64,000 nt of DNA from a virus (taxonomy: Duplodnaviria; Caudoviricetes). The notes below the pieces were generated by a model. That model was given only the letters and a program-made list of their open reading frames with translations. It made no database searches and had not been told where the DNA came from. Shown here one piece after another: positions 27,472 to 36,993 of this stretch (within the stretch, counting starts at the first letter, position 1; every line of letters begins with the position of its first letter). The translations under genes and the position numbers were made by a program. The stretch spans positions 1 to 64,000 of IMG/VR virus record IMGVR_UViG_3300043748_000050, one strand, 5' to 3'.

Positions 27472-27786
27472 TCAGCCTCCGGATGCGTACGTGTACAAGT
27501 GGCCGGTGGCCTGGGTGTGCTCGTCCATGGTGAGGCCGCAGCCCTCCACGCAGGGCAGTTCGACCGGCTCGGGCGTGGCCACCTTCTGCTCGTCCGGCAG
27601 CCGGGTCCACTCCAGGTCCGCGATGCCGTTGATGATCTCGTCCTTCCGCCACGACTCCAGCGGGTTGGCGCTCCAGACGTGTCCCAGCCGGCGGTACAGC
27701 GCGCACAGCTCGGCCTTGCGCATCTTGTTCAGCTCGCCTCCCCGGCGGAGCCAGTGCTGCTGCTTGGTCTCGGGCTCGATGGTCAT
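27472..27786 (-). CDS. Hypothetical protein
   Basis: GAGGAACC RBS; ATGA overlap. Confidence 0.6.
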   Translation of the reverse strand: MTIEPETKQQHWLRRGGELNKMRKAELCALYRRLGHVWSANPLESWRKDEIINGIADLEWTRLPDEQKVATPEPVELPCVEGCGLTMDEHTQATGHLYTYASGG

Positions 27787-28181
27787 CCGGTCGGTTCCTC
27801 TCGGTTCAGTGTGCGGATGGTGATGCCGTGCCGCTCGGCCATGGCGAGGCAGCGTGGACACGAGACGTTCCGGTCCGGGCTCTCGTACAGGCCCCAGAAC
27901 TTCGCCTGCGGCTTGCACAGAGCGTCCCCGGTCTTCCGGACCAGCCGGCCGACGTTCAGCGGCTGGTCGAGCACGGCGTGTTCGCCGTTCGTCATGTTCG
28001 GGCCCTGCCGGAGGTGGAACGCGGTCCGCACGTGCGCCGACGCCACAGCCGGGTCGACGGGCGGGAGCTGCCGCGCTTCGGTGTACGGCGTGGAGGCCTG
28101 AGGCACCGGGCCCTTCTCTCCGGGGTGGTCCCGCTCATACGCTGCGGACATCGCGTCGAACATGTCCTGGAAGCTGCCCAC
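27783..28181 (-). CDS. Hypothetical protein (H..H..C..CPRC)
   Basis: AAAGGAG RBS. Confidence 0.6.
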   Translation of the reverse strand: MGSFQDMFDAMSAAYERDHPGEKGPVPQASTPYTEARQLPPVDPAVASAHVRTAFHLRQGPNMTNGEHAVLDQPLNVGRLVRKTGDALCKPQAKFWGLYESPDRNVSCPRCLAMAERHGITIRTLNREEPTG

Positions 28182-28242
28182 GGCCGCTCCTTTCTGCTCG
28201 GATCGAGTGGGGCCGCCGGTCGACGGCCCCGGATCGCATCGG

Positions 28243-28656
28243 TCAGGCGTTGACGAGCTCGCGGGACGGCTGACGCACGGTCTGGCGGACGGTCACCGGG
28301 GCGCCGTTGGCCAGGATCATGAGCACCACGGCCGCCTTGATGTCCGCGCGCCTCGGCTTGTAGTTCCGCAGCAGGACGCCGACCTGGACGGTGGTGAAGT
28401 GGTACGTCACCTTGGTCCGCTTCGTCTTGCCCCGCACCGTGCGGTGCCGGCGGACGACCTTGACGGGCTTCATCCCGATCCGCTTGGCGACCGAGGTCAG
28501 GCCGTTGCGCACGCCTTCCAGCGTCTCCGTCCTCTCCACGCCGGCTGCGATCGCGTGGGTGGCGATGGCACGGCCCCGGTGCAGGGAGCGGGCGAAGCGG
28601 GTGGCGGCGGCGCGCTCGGCGACGATCCGGCGGCGGAGTCGGGAGGTCTTCGTCAT
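28243..28656 (-). CDS. Highly basic hypothetical protein
   Basis: Promoter TTGTGC-17bp-TTTAAT (28711-28739) plus leader motif. Confidence 0.7.
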   Translation of the reverse strand: MTKTSRLRRRIVAERAAATRFARSLHRGRAIATHAIAAGVERTETLEGVRNGLTSVAKRIGMKPVKVVRRHRTVRGKTKRTKVTYHFTTVQVGVLLRNYKPRRADIKAAVVLMILANGAPVTVRQTVRQPSRELVNA

Positions 28657-28797
28657 GGTCGGTTCCTGCTTTCCTTGGTCTGTCGGCCGGTGTTCCCTGC
28701 CGATGAATTAATTAAATCAGAACCGGGGTGTAGGCACAACCCCCAAACGCGATGAAGCCCCGACCCGGTGAGGGGTCGGGGCTTCGAGGACGGGTGC

Positions 28798-28983
28798 TCA
28801 GCGAACGGTGAACTGGTCGCCCATCCGCCGGATCTCCGCGCCGGGAGCGCTGATCCGGCCGGGACCGATGCCGACCAGGCCGCCGGCGACCCGGTCCATC
28901 TCGTTCAGCAGCTCGGCCACCTGCGCGGCCAGGGCTCGGATGCGCTCTTCCATGTCGTGGATCTCGCTCATGCTCTGCTTCAC
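28798..28983 (-). CDS. Small hypothetical protein
   Basis: GAGGAGG RBS. Confidence 0.55.
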   Translation of the reverse strand: MKQSMSEIHDMEERIRALAAQVAELLNEMDRVAGGLVGIGPGRISAPGAEIRRMGDQFTVR

Positions 28984-28992
28984 GATGCCTCC

Positions 28993-29403
28993 TCAGTACC
29001 AGTGACCGTCGGCGTTGCGGGTCTTCACGTACGTCCGAACCCACGGTTCCTTGGACCCCTTGGGCGCCGGGTAGCGGACGGACGCGTGGTGCCGGTACGT
29101 CGCCGTCACCGTGGCCGGGTAGTGATCTCCCTGGAAGCTGTGCATGCTGATCGTGTCGCCGACGCGCAGTCCCAGGAAGTCGGGCGTCTCGACCATGGCC
29201 GAGTGCTCCCACCACCGCCGGTACGCCACGGGGTTCCCGCGCGGCGCCTCGGGCATCGGCTCGAACAGGTCGCCGGGCCGGTAGTCGTAGGCGTACCGCT
29301 CGTCCAGCGCGTACCTGGTGAGTGACTGGGTCGGGCTGTAAAGGAATCCCCGGTCGAACGCCGCCGGGACGCTGGAGGCGGGGAGGGTCAGCAAGTCAGT
29401 CAT
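28993..29403 (-). CDS. Hypothetical protein
   Basis: Leader motif at 29422. Confidence 0.65.
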   Translation of the reverse strand: MTDLLTLPASSVPAAFDRGFLYSPTQSLTRYALDERYAYDYRPGDLFEPMPEAPRGNPVAYRRWWEHSAMVETPDFLGLRVGDTISMHSFQGDHYPATVTATYRHHASVRYPAPKGSKEPWVRTYVKTRNADGHWY

Positions 29404-29477
29404 GTCGTCCTCGTTCCTCAGTTCCTTGGTCAGGGTGGTGCAGGACCCCGGAATCGCCAACCGGGGCCCGGGGTCCG

Positions 29478-29777
29478 TCAGCGCAGGTACGGGGTCGGGT
29501 CGACGGTGTCGCCGTCGGTCCACAGCCAGCGGTCGAACCGGCTCACGGTCTGTCCGAGCGAGTAGGGCGACACGGCGTCCCGGTTGTCGAGAACGTTCAT
29601 ACGGCCCTCCAGCTCGTCCATGAGCCAGCCGCGCGTCATCGCGAGTTCCTCGGTCACCGGCATGGTCTCGGTGATCAGCCACGTCGTCGTCAGCTTCTCG
29701 TCCGACAACTGGCTGATCGATTCCCGGGCGGCGGCTTCCAGTCGCCGGCCCTCCGGGGTCTTGGCTCGCAGGTGCAT
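29478..29777 (-). CDS. Hypothetical protein
   Basis: Promoter TTGTCC-17bp-TTTAAT (29817-29845). Confidence 0.7.
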   Translation of the reverse strand: MHLRAKTPEGRRLEAAARESISQLSDEKLTTTWLITETMPVTEELAMTRGWLMDELEGRMNVLDNRDAVSPYSLGQTVSRFDRWLWTDGDTVDPTPYLR

Positions 29778-29817
29778 GTCTTCCTCGTTCCCTGGCCGGT
29801 CCGTCCCGATGAATTAA

Positions 29818-30408
29818 TTAAACCATCGATGCGTCGCTGGGACAAGTCCAATCGCACACCTCGTTCAGCACGGACCAGAGCACGTCGTCGCGGCCCCACA
29901 CCGGGTCCACGACGGCCAGCAGGACGCCCTCGCGCCGCAGTTGACGGCGGGCCAGCCGGCCGACGCCGGACAGCTCAGGAATGCCCTGGAAGCGGCCACG
30001 ACGGCCCCCGAATCCGGTCTGCGGCACGCCGTTCCACCGGGTCGCCAACAGGCCGCCACGCGGGCCCACAGCCCTTCCGGCGCCGTACGCGGAGACGCGC
30101 AGGCCTTGCGCCCGCGCCGCCCGGACGATGCGCACCAGCAGGGGATCGCCGGTGCTGATCCAGCCCTGCACGGCCGCGCGCTGCTCCCACTTGTCCACGT
30201 ACCCGGAGGTCTCAAGCCCCGGCTGGCTGTCGGTGGTGACGTAGCCGCGACGGTTCAGCCGGGCCAGCACCGGGACCAAGTGGTCCGTCTCCCCGTCGGG
30301 GCGGTCGGCGGTGTAGCCGGGCCTGTCGGCCACGTGACCCTCCAGCCACCCAGCCATCGCTCCGCCGAGGTCACCGATGCTGCGCGCGTCGCGCCAGATG
30401 CGGTCCAT
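29818..30408 (-). CDS. DUF6919-like protein
   Basis: W..A....DL...MA.WLEG...ET..LVP.LA.LNR.G..T..SQPG...QRAAV.G. Confidence 0.6.
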   Translation of the reverse strand: MDRIWRDARSIGDLGGAMAGWLEGHVADRPGYTADRPDGETDHLVPVLARLNRRGYVTTDSQPGLETSGYVDKWEQRAAVQGWISTGDPLLVRIVRAARAQGLRVSAYGAGRAVGPRGGLLATRWNGVPQTGFGGRRGRFQGIPELSGVGRLARRQLRREGVLLAVVDPVWGRDDVLWSVLNEVCDWTCPSDASMV

Positions 30409-30593
30409 CAGCGGTGGCCCTTCCACTCGGAGAACAGCACGCTTGACCCGGCGGCGAGATACGCGCCGCCTGCCAAGCCGGCCAGGGTGTGGGTGGAGCC
30501 GGAGAACGTGCCCGCCCCGCCGAAGGCGATGACGAGCAGCGCGACCCCGGCCGCAGCCATGATCAGTCCGGTGGTTACCCAGTACGGCCTCAT
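30408..30593 (-). CDS. Small 2-TM membrane protein
   Basis: Leader motif at 30611; hydrophobic. Confidence 0.6.
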   Translation of the reverse strand: MRPYWVTTGLIMAAAGVALLVIAFGGAGTFSGSTHTLAGLAGGAYLAAGSSVLFSEWKGHR

Positions 30594-30666
30594 GTTTCCT
30601 CGCTCCTTGGTTCCTTGGTCAGGGTGGTGCAGGGCCCCAGAATCACCAACCGGGGCCCGGAGTCGG

Positions 30667-31272
30667 TCAGGCCGACGGGTTGGGGAGCCCGGAGACCCGG
30701 GCCACGGCTGCGGCGTCCAGCGAGCCTTTGGCCAGCAGTGCGTCGGCCACGGCACGCACGCGGTCCCAATGAGCGTCCAGGGTGGCGTCAGCCCCCGAGC
30801 AGACCTGCGTCCACCCGTCCCACGGGTGCGCCGGGATGTCGAGCGTCCGCCCCATCTCTGCGGCGGCTTCCACTGCCCTGTTCCGGTCGCTCCGTGCGCC
30901 GCGTTCGACGGACCACGCTCGCTCTGGGGTCCACTGCCCGGTCTCTCGTAGCCACCGGTCAGCGGCCCGCTCGCCGGCTGCGAGGTAGCAGGTGTACCCC
31001 GTCCAGCTCGCCGAACCGGACCAAACGGTGTGGAACATGAACTTCCCGTCGTTGCCGGGGGACAGGAACACGCCGTCGATCCCCATGCGGAAAACCAGTC
31101 CGACTACCGCGTGCCCGGCCTCGTGAAACACCCCGACCATCCGGGTCAGGTCGCCGAGTGGCTCGTAGAACCGCCGGACGCCCTCGGGCTGCGGGTGCCA
31201 CGTCCACATGCCGTCGCTGTTCTGCGTCCAGGCGGACTCGGCGGTGCGGATGCTCATCGCAGGCACGGTCAC
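30667..31272 (-). CDS. HEXXH zinc-metalloprotease-like protein, paralog A
   Basis: HEAGHAV...AGERA..RWL.E...SD...HWDRV.AVADAL (M41-like). Confidence 0.65.
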   Translation of the reverse strand: MTVPAMSIRTAESAWTQNSDGMWTWHPQPEGVRRFYEPLGDLTRMVGVFHEAGHAVVGLVFRMGIDGVFLSPGNDGKFMFHTVWSGSASWTGYTCYLAAGERAADRWLRETGQWTPERAWSVERGARSDRNRAVEAAAEMGRTLDIPAHPWDGWTQVCSGADATLDAHWDRVRAVADALLAKGSLDAAAVARVSGLPNPSA

Positions 31273-31310
31273 GGGTCTGTCCTTCCTTGGTCGCGGCGGG
31301 GCCGAGGTGG

Positions 31311-32027
31311 TCAGGCGGCCTGCGCCGCCGGGAGGGGTGCGCGGTCCAGCTTGAAGAACCAGCGGTGGAAGTCGTGCCGGTCCCACCGGCGCGGTCGGCT
31401 GTACCTGTCATCCAGGACGGTGACGCCGGACGTCTCGACGCTCACGACGGTGGCGGTGTACCAGATGCCGCTCGCGATCCCGTTGCGCATCAGCCGGTCG
31501 CCGACGCCGACGGGCGCCTGCACCGTGCCGCCGGTGAACCGGGTGTACTCCACCAGCACGGGCCGGGCGTCGCCCTCCGGGGCTTCCAGTGCCCGCTCGG
31601 TCATGAGGTCCGCGAGGTGTTCCTGGACCAGCGCGTACAGCGGCTCCGTGCGGTACGAGTTCTCCGGGTCGTACACACCGCGCGCCAGGCGCTCGAACAC
31701 CGGGTGCAGCTCGCCGCCGCTCGGGACGAGACGGACGAACGCCAACCGCAGGCCTTCGTTGTCCATCGCGGGCGGGTAGCCCCGGCCGTCGGCCTCGGCG
31801 AGCACGGCGACCGCGCAGGCGCGGGCCACGTCCGCCTTCGTGGACGACGGGCAGCCGGCGCAGGTGGTCGGGCTGTCGGTGACGCGGGCCAGGTCCAGCT
31901 TCTCGTAGTGGCGGACGACCGCGTACCGGCCGGCGTCGCACGCGACGTCGATGAAGTCGCCGGTGTACCCGTTGAACAGACCCTGGTGGACAGTGCCGTC
32001 GTGGCCGGTGACGTTTCGGTGCTCCAT
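31311..32027 (-). CDS. Hypothetical protein
   Basis: Promoter cassette at 32051-32097. Confidence 0.7.
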   Translation of the reverse strand: MEHRNVTGHDGTVHQGLFNGYTGDFIDVACDAGRYAVVRHYEKLDLARVTDSPTTCAGCPSSTKADVARACAVAVLAEADGRGYPPAMDNEGLRLAFVRLVPSGGELHPVFERLARGVYDPENSYRTEPLYALVQEHLADLMTERALEAPEGDARPVLVEYTRFTGGTVQAPVGVGDRLMRNGIASGIWYTATVVSVETSGVTVLDDRYSRPRRWDRHDFHRWFFKLDRAPLPAAQAA

Positions 32028-32050
32028 GACTTCCTCGTTCCCTGGTCGGT

Positions 32051-32914
32051 GTCCCGATGAATTAATTAAACCATCGATACGTCGTCGGCACAAGCCCTCG
32101 GACGTGACGAAGCCCCGGGCCGCGAGGGCACCGGGGCCGGGGCGGTCAGACCGGGCGGTGGCCGTCGGCGTAGACGGTGTGGATCACGGCGTACGTCGCG
32201 TCCTTGACGCCCCGGGCGATGACCGCGCGAGCGCCCCGCACGATCTCCAGCGCGCGGGCGTAGTTGGTGGCGCCGTCCACGTGCTCGACGTCCTCGAACG
32301 TCGTCTTGCCGGTGGCCGGGTCAAAGTGGGTGAAGGTCACGACGTAGCCGGTGGTGTCCGCGTGGCCGTGCTCGCAGCGCGTGTGCCCGTGCCAGTCGGT
32401 CGGCTGCGGGATCGCAGGCTTCGGCGCGATGTACCCGTGCCGGGCCGGCGCCAGGGCCTCGCGCGCCGCCTCCAGGGACGGGAAGTCGCGGGGCGTGGTG
32501 CTGTTCGGGTAGACGTGCTCAGCGGCGAGCTTGCGCGCGGTCTCCACGTCCCAGTCAGCGGCAGGGAGCAGCCAGTGTCGCCCCGTGGCGTGCAGCATCC
32601 CGTCCAGCTTCTGCGCGTAGCTACCGTCGTAGCGCGCGTAGCTACCGTCGTAGCGCGCGTCCCGGACCATCTTGATCCGCCCGTCCCGGTACAGGTTCGT
32701 GACGACCATGAGCCGGTACGCCAGCGACTCTTCACGAGCGTACGAAGACGCGGTGTACGACGGGCGCAGCTCCACCATCACGAGGTCGCCGCGACGGGCC
32801 TTGATCTGCGGGGCTGTGGTCTCGGTCATGGCTGCTGCCTTCCTTGGTCCGTCGGTTCGGCGGCTCCGTCCCGATGAATTAATTAAACCATCGATACGTC
32901 GTCGGCACAAGCCC
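32051..32914. repeat. 47-bp identical direct repeats (promoter/operator unit) at 32051-32097 and 32868-32914
   Basis: GTCCCGATGAATTAATTAAACCATCGATACGTCGTCGGCACAAGCCC; 28-bp partial copy at 29803-29830. Confidence 0.9.
32146..32829 (-). CDS. Hypothetical protein with a 21-bp tandem duplication (ARYDGSY x2)
   Basis: Leader motif at 32840; repeat at 32613-32660. Confidence 0.7.
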   Translation of the reverse strand: MTETTAPQIKARRGDLVMVELRPSYTASSYAREESLAYRLMVVTNLYRDGRIKMVRDARYDGSYARYDGSYAQKLDGMLHATGRHWLLPAADWDVETARKLAAEHVYPNSTTPRDFPSLEAAREALAPARHGYIAPKPAIPQPTDWHGHTRCEHGHADTTGYVVTFTHFDPATGKTTFEDVEHVDGATNYARALEIVRGARAVIARGVKDATYAVIHTVYADGHRPV

Positions 32915-32976
32915 CCCAGGCACGACGAAGCCCCGGGCCGTGAGGGCTCCGGGGCTGTCGAAAATTTTAGACCCGG

Positions 32977-33342
32977 TCAGGCGCGGTCCACGCGGAACGC
33001 GTAGCCGCTGCCCGCGTGCGCCACCGTCGTACCGAGCGGCTGGCCGGTCAGGCCGTGGGCGAACCGGCGGGCCTCGCCGCGCGGCACGCGGGAGGTGTCC
33101 ATCAAGCAGTAGGCGGCGGCGAACTCCACCTCGCGCAGCGTCCCCAGCGGCCGGTGCGACTTCTCCTCACCGCTCGGCAGGGTCCGGGTGAGCAGGTACT
33201 GCATGGGTTCCTCGTTTCCTTGGTCGGCGGCTCGCGCTTCGCTGCGGAGGGCCAGATACTCCATGAACTCCTCCACGACCGCCCGGTCCCCGGGGCTCAT
33301 GCGGAAGTTCGGGTTGTTGCCGCAGGGCGGCCCGTCGCTCAT
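32977..33342 (-). CDS. Hypothetical protein (probable second start at 33204)
   Basis: Leader motif at 33216 precedes an in-frame ATG. Confidence 0.6.
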   Translation of the reverse strand: MSDGPPCGNNPNFRMSPGDRAVVEEFMEYLALRSEARAADQGNEEPMQYLLTRTLPSGEEKSHRPLGTLREVEFAAAYCLMDTSRVPRGEARRFAHGLTGQPLGTTVAHAGSGYAFRVDRA

Positions 33343-33674
33343 CGCAGGTAATCCGTTTGCGGACGGGGCTCGAGCGGCCAGCCGCCCATGCCGGTGCGGC
33401 GGTTCGCGTCAGGACGATCGACGTCGGCCGGCCGGTGCCGGTCCACGATCTCCCGCATCCACCCGGGCATCTCCACGACGGGCGGGAAGTGCTCCGCCGC
33501 CGTGGCGTACTCCACGACGATGTCCACGCGGGTGATACCCCGGGTGATGCTGTAGTCCAGGCGGAGGCCCACGGGCTTGCGGCGCCCACCGGCCATCGTC
33601 TTCATCGGCTTCATGTCGTCCGGCAGGCTCACGCGGACCTCGTACCGGATCTCGCGTACGGTCTCGGTGCTCAT
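33339..33674 (-). CDS. Hypothetical protein
   Basis: GAGGAAG RBS. Confidence 0.6.
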   Translation of the reverse strand: MSTETVREIRYEVRVSLPDDMKPMKTMAGGRRKPVGLRLDYSITRGITRVDIVVEYATAAEHFPPVVEMPGWMREIVDRHRPADVDRPDANRRTGMGGWPLEPRPQTDYLR

Positions 33675-33683
33675 CGCTTCCTC

Positions 33684-34004
33684 TCAGCTCTCCGCACCGA
33701 GCCACTCGGCGAGGTCGCGCTGCATGCCGTCCCACACGGCCAGCGTGAACTCGGCGGAGTTGACGCACCGCTGGTTCCCGGCCGCCCGGCCTGCGGCCAG
33801 CTGACCCTCGTACAGCGCGGTGACGCAAGCAGGGTGCAGACCGCTCTTGCGCAGCTCGGACAGGTTCTTCGTCGCGACCCTGAAGCCGTCGGTCCGCATC
33901 GCGGCTGCGGTGCGGGGCGTCATGACGCCGTCGGTCACCAGTCGGGACAGCAGGTCGTCGGCGGCCTGGCGCGCGTGGGGCAGCACCGGGCGGAGTTCGT
34001 CCAT
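33684..34004 (-). CDS. Hypothetical protein
   Basis: Promoter TTGTGG-17bp-TTTAAT (34042-34070) plus leader motif. Confidence 0.7.
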   Translation of the reverse strand: MDELRPVLPHARQAADDLLSRLVTDGVMTPRTAAAMRTDGFRVATKNLSELRKSGLHPACVTALYEGQLAAGRAAGNQRCVNSAEFTLAVWDGMQRDLAEWLGAES

Positions 34005-34050
34005 GAGGTTCCTCGTTTCCTTGGTCTGTCAAGCTGAATTAATTAAACCA

Positions 34051-34953
34051 TCACGACGACGGCTCCACAACCCCCAACGCGCGACGGATTCCGTCCTCCA
34101 ACGACACCTTCGGCTCGTAGTACAGGAGCATCCGGGTCGGGTCGCCGACCCGGTACGCGACGCCGGCCGGCTTGTCCTCGAGCGGCTGGACCCACGGTCG
34201 GTAGCCGGCGACCGTCGCCATCGTCCCGGCCAGCTCCAGGAACGACGTCGCCCGGCCGGTGCAGAGGTTCACCGGGTCCGTCGTCCCCGACTCCGCCACG
34301 GCCAGCGCCCCGGCCACGACGTCGTCCACGTGGATCCAGTCGCGCACCTGCTCGCCGCTGCCCCATACCGTCAGCGGGTCCTCGCGCCGGCGGACCCGCT
34401 CGAGGATCGCCCGGAACGGGTACGTGTCGTCCTGGTCCCCGCCGTAGCCGCTGAACGGCCGAACGACGGTCACCGGTCCCCCTGCCTCGCGCAGCCGGCC
34501 GGCCAGCAGCTCACCGGTCACCTTGGACCAGCCGTACACCTGGTCCGGGTCTATCAGCCCGTCGTCGCCCCATACGTCGGCCTCATGCAGCCTGATCCCG
34601 CGTACCCGTTGGAGATGCACCGGGTATGCCGCGCTGGAGCTGAAGTACAACACGCGTCCGGGCCGTACGACGGCGGCCCACCGGAACATCTCCGCGTCGA
34701 TGGACAGGGACTCCGCCGTGGCCAGCGGGTCGCCGTCGATGGTGGCCCGGCCGCCGACCACGGCGGCACAGTGCACCACCAGGTCCCAGTGCGGCATCGT
34801 GCGCAGCCGGACGTCCTCGGCGAACAGTCGCCGGCAGTCCTGGGACCGCGTCACCTTCACATCGCAGCCGACGACGTCGTACCCGCGCGCTCGCAGCTCC
34901 GCCGTGAAGTGCTTGCCGAGGAACCCCCGGTCGCCTGTGATCAAAGCCCGCAT
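34051..34953 (-). CDS. NAD-dependent sugar epimerase/dehydratase
   Basis: ITGDRGFLG, SSSAAY, YGWSK, RDWIHVDD. Confidence 0.9.
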   Translation of the reverse strand: MRALITGDRGFLGKHFTAELRARGYDVVGCDVKVTRSQDCRRLFAEDVRLRTMPHWDLVVHCAAVVGGRATIDGDPLATAESLSIDAEMFRWAAVVRPGRVLYFSSSAAYPVHLQRVRGIRLHEADVWGDDGLIDPDQVYGWSKVTGELLAGRLREAGGPVTVVRPFSGYGGDQDDTYPFRAILERVRRREDPLTVWGSGEQVRDWIHVDDVVAGALAVAESGTTDPVNLCTGRATSFLELAGTMATVAGYRPWVQPLEDKPAGVAYRVGDPTRMLLYYEPKVSLEDGIRRALGVVEPSS

Positions 34954-35044
34954 GACTCGCTCCTCAGGAACAGGAAGACGCAGAAGACGACCGCCAGTCC
35001 CGGCAGCCAGATGACCGCCGATTCCTTGACGGCCCGCCAGACCC

Positions 35045-35629
35045 TCACCACCGGTCCCGCCTTCCGCTCGTGTTCGCGCCGTGCCAATGCCAGAGCCACG
35101 TACGCTGATTGCGGTGCTCGAAACGGGCGCCAGCGTCCAGCAGCCGCTCCCAGGTCCCCCAGTCGTCGCAGGGGTTGTCCGCAGGACCCTTGGCGTGGAA
35201 CCCGCCGACGTCCAGCAGCAACTCGGTCCGCACCAGCACGGTGATCGGGACGTAGTTGACGGACCGTAGCAACTCACGGTCGAACGGCTCGCCCTCGCGC
35301 TCCGGCCACGGGTCGCCCCCGGGGTGCTCGGGAATGGTGAACCACGGGTAGACGAGGTCGGCGCCGGTCATCTCGGCGTATTCGAGCAGCAGCGCGACGT
35401 GGTCCGGCAGCCACTCGTCATCGTCGTCGAGCAGCGCCGACCACTCGGTGCGCACCGCCTCGAGCGCCCGGGTCCGGTTCGCGGCCGCGCCGAGCCGTTC
35501 GTGGTCCAGACTCACACTGATCGCGTCGACCGGCCGGCTCTGCGCCAAGACCGAACCGAGCGCGCGACGCAAGTAGGTGTCGGCCCGGGGCGGGATCGAC
35601 GGGATGACCGCCGTGACGCCGGGCCTCAC
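35045..35629 (-). CDS. Glycosyltransferase family 2
   Basis: AVIPSIP.R, LLDDDDEW, DDW. Confidence 0.85.
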   Translation of the reverse strand: MRPGVTAVIPSIPPRADTYLRRALGSVLAQSRPVDAISVSLDHERLGAAANRTRALEAVRTEWSALLDDDDEWLPDHVALLLEYAEMTGADLVYPWFTIPEHPGGDPWPEREGEPFDRELLRSVNYVPITVLVRTELLLDVGGFHAKGPADNPCDDWGTWERLLDAGARFEHRNQRTWLWHWHGANTSGRRDRW

Positions 35630-36219
35630 CGGGCGAGCACCACCTGGAACAGCTCCGTCTGCTCGTGCCGGACGATATCCCAGCCGGCCTCCTCGATCAT
35701 CGCCGCGTACCCCTCCCGGTCCCAGGCCCACGCGTGGCAGGCGTCGTGGACCCGGTCGGTCTCGTTGACCGGGCTGGAGCACACCAGGCGCCACGACTTC
35801 TGCCGGACCCACCGCAGCACGCCGTGCGGGTCGGCCAGGTGCTCGAGCACTTCGGTCATCACCCCGACGTCTCCGACCCGGACGCGGGACCGGTCCGCGC
35901 CGAACACGTCGGCCAGCTCCGCCGTAACGCCACGCTCGGCCCAACCGGCCGCGTTGCTGGGCTGGAAGTCGTAGCCCCAGCAGGTCGCGTCCGTGTACGC
36001 CTGCACGAGGCTGAGCAGGCCGCCGTCTCCGCACCCGAGGTCGGACACGGTCGTCGGCGGGTCGAGGTCGCAGACTGCGTCGGTGACGAACTGCGCGGCC
36101 AGGCGGAGCCGGCCTTGATGCCACTCCTGCTCGAGGTGCGGCGCGCGTTCGCGGTCGGCGTGGAACGCTGCCGTGGAGACGTGCGGAACCGATCCTTCGA
36201 ACAGCTTCCACTCGCTCAC
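35626..36219 (-). CDS. Class I SAM-dependent methyltransferase
   Basis: DLGCGDG, EVLEHL. Confidence 0.85.
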   Translation of the reverse strand: MSEWKLFEGSVPHVSTAAFHADRERAPHLEQEWHQGRLRLAAQFVTDAVCDLDPPTTVSDLGCGDGGLLSLVQAYTDATCWGYDFQPSNAAGWAERGVTAELADVFGADRSRVRVGDVGVMTEVLEHLADPHGVLRWVRQKSWRLVCSSPVNETDRVHDACHAWAWDREGYAAMIEEAGWDIVRHEQTELFQVVLAR

Positions 36220-36914
36220 CGGTGATCCGATCCGTACTCGGCCCGCACCCGGCGCAGGGCTGTGGCGAATCCCTCGCCGCTTCGGAAGTCCCGCCACACG
36301 CGGCAGTCGGTCAGGGTCGCCTCAGCCGCGTTGACCACCGAATACCGCTCGTCCATCGGCGTCTTGCCCGCCGCCGGGTGGATGTGCTCGATGACGACGT
36401 CCGGCAGGTACCGGAGCCCTCCCAGGGCTTGGCCCAGCTCTAGCCAGAAGTTGTCGACGTACAGATGCCGGAGGCACGGCGGGGCCATGTAGCCCAGCGC
36501 CCGTACGAGCCGGGACGGCAGGAAGGCGGCAGTCGGCAACGCGGCGCCTTGCAGCAGGTCGTTGCCGTAGACCACGCGGGGCTCGAGGGTGTCGAGGGCA
36601 CCGAGCACGTGGGCGTCCCAGCCAGCGGTGCGCGGCAGGTGGTCGTCACCCATGAACCCGAGGTGATCGTAGATGTCCGTGTACAGGCCGGCCGCCCAGT
36701 TGAGCGCCGACACCATTCCTTGCCCGCCCTGGCCCCGGTGGATCAGTAGCCGGGGTGCCGCCGTGTGGTAGGCGGGCAGTTCGGGATCGTCCTGGTCGGC
36801 GACGAAGACCAGTTCTGCGTTGAGCGAGTCGGTCTCCTTGAACGCGTTCACCAGCCGGGCCGCGTTCTGCGGCCGGCCACGCGTCGGGACGATGACCAGC
36901 AGTGGTGCGGTCAT
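36216..36914 (-). CDS. Glycosyltransferase family 2 / GT-A
   Basis: IVPTRGRP, MGDDH, YVDN, IEHIHP. Confidence 0.8.
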   Translation of the reverse strand: MTAPLLVIVPTRGRPQNAARLVNAFKETDSLNAELVFVADQDDPELPAYHTAAPRLLIHRGQGGQGMVSALNWAAGLYTDIYDHLGFMGDDHLPRTAGWDAHVLGALDTLEPRVVYGNDLLQGAALPTAAFLPSRLVRALGYMAPPCLRHLYVDNFWLELGQALGGLRYLPDVVIEHIHPAAGKTPMDERYSVVNAAEATLTDCRVWRDFRSGEGFATALRRVRAEYGSDHR

Positions 36915-36993
36915 GATTCCTCCGTTCCGTGGTCCGGTGGAGCGCCGGAAAGGTACCGGGAAATCCCCGAATCACCGCATGGCCGCACGACGA

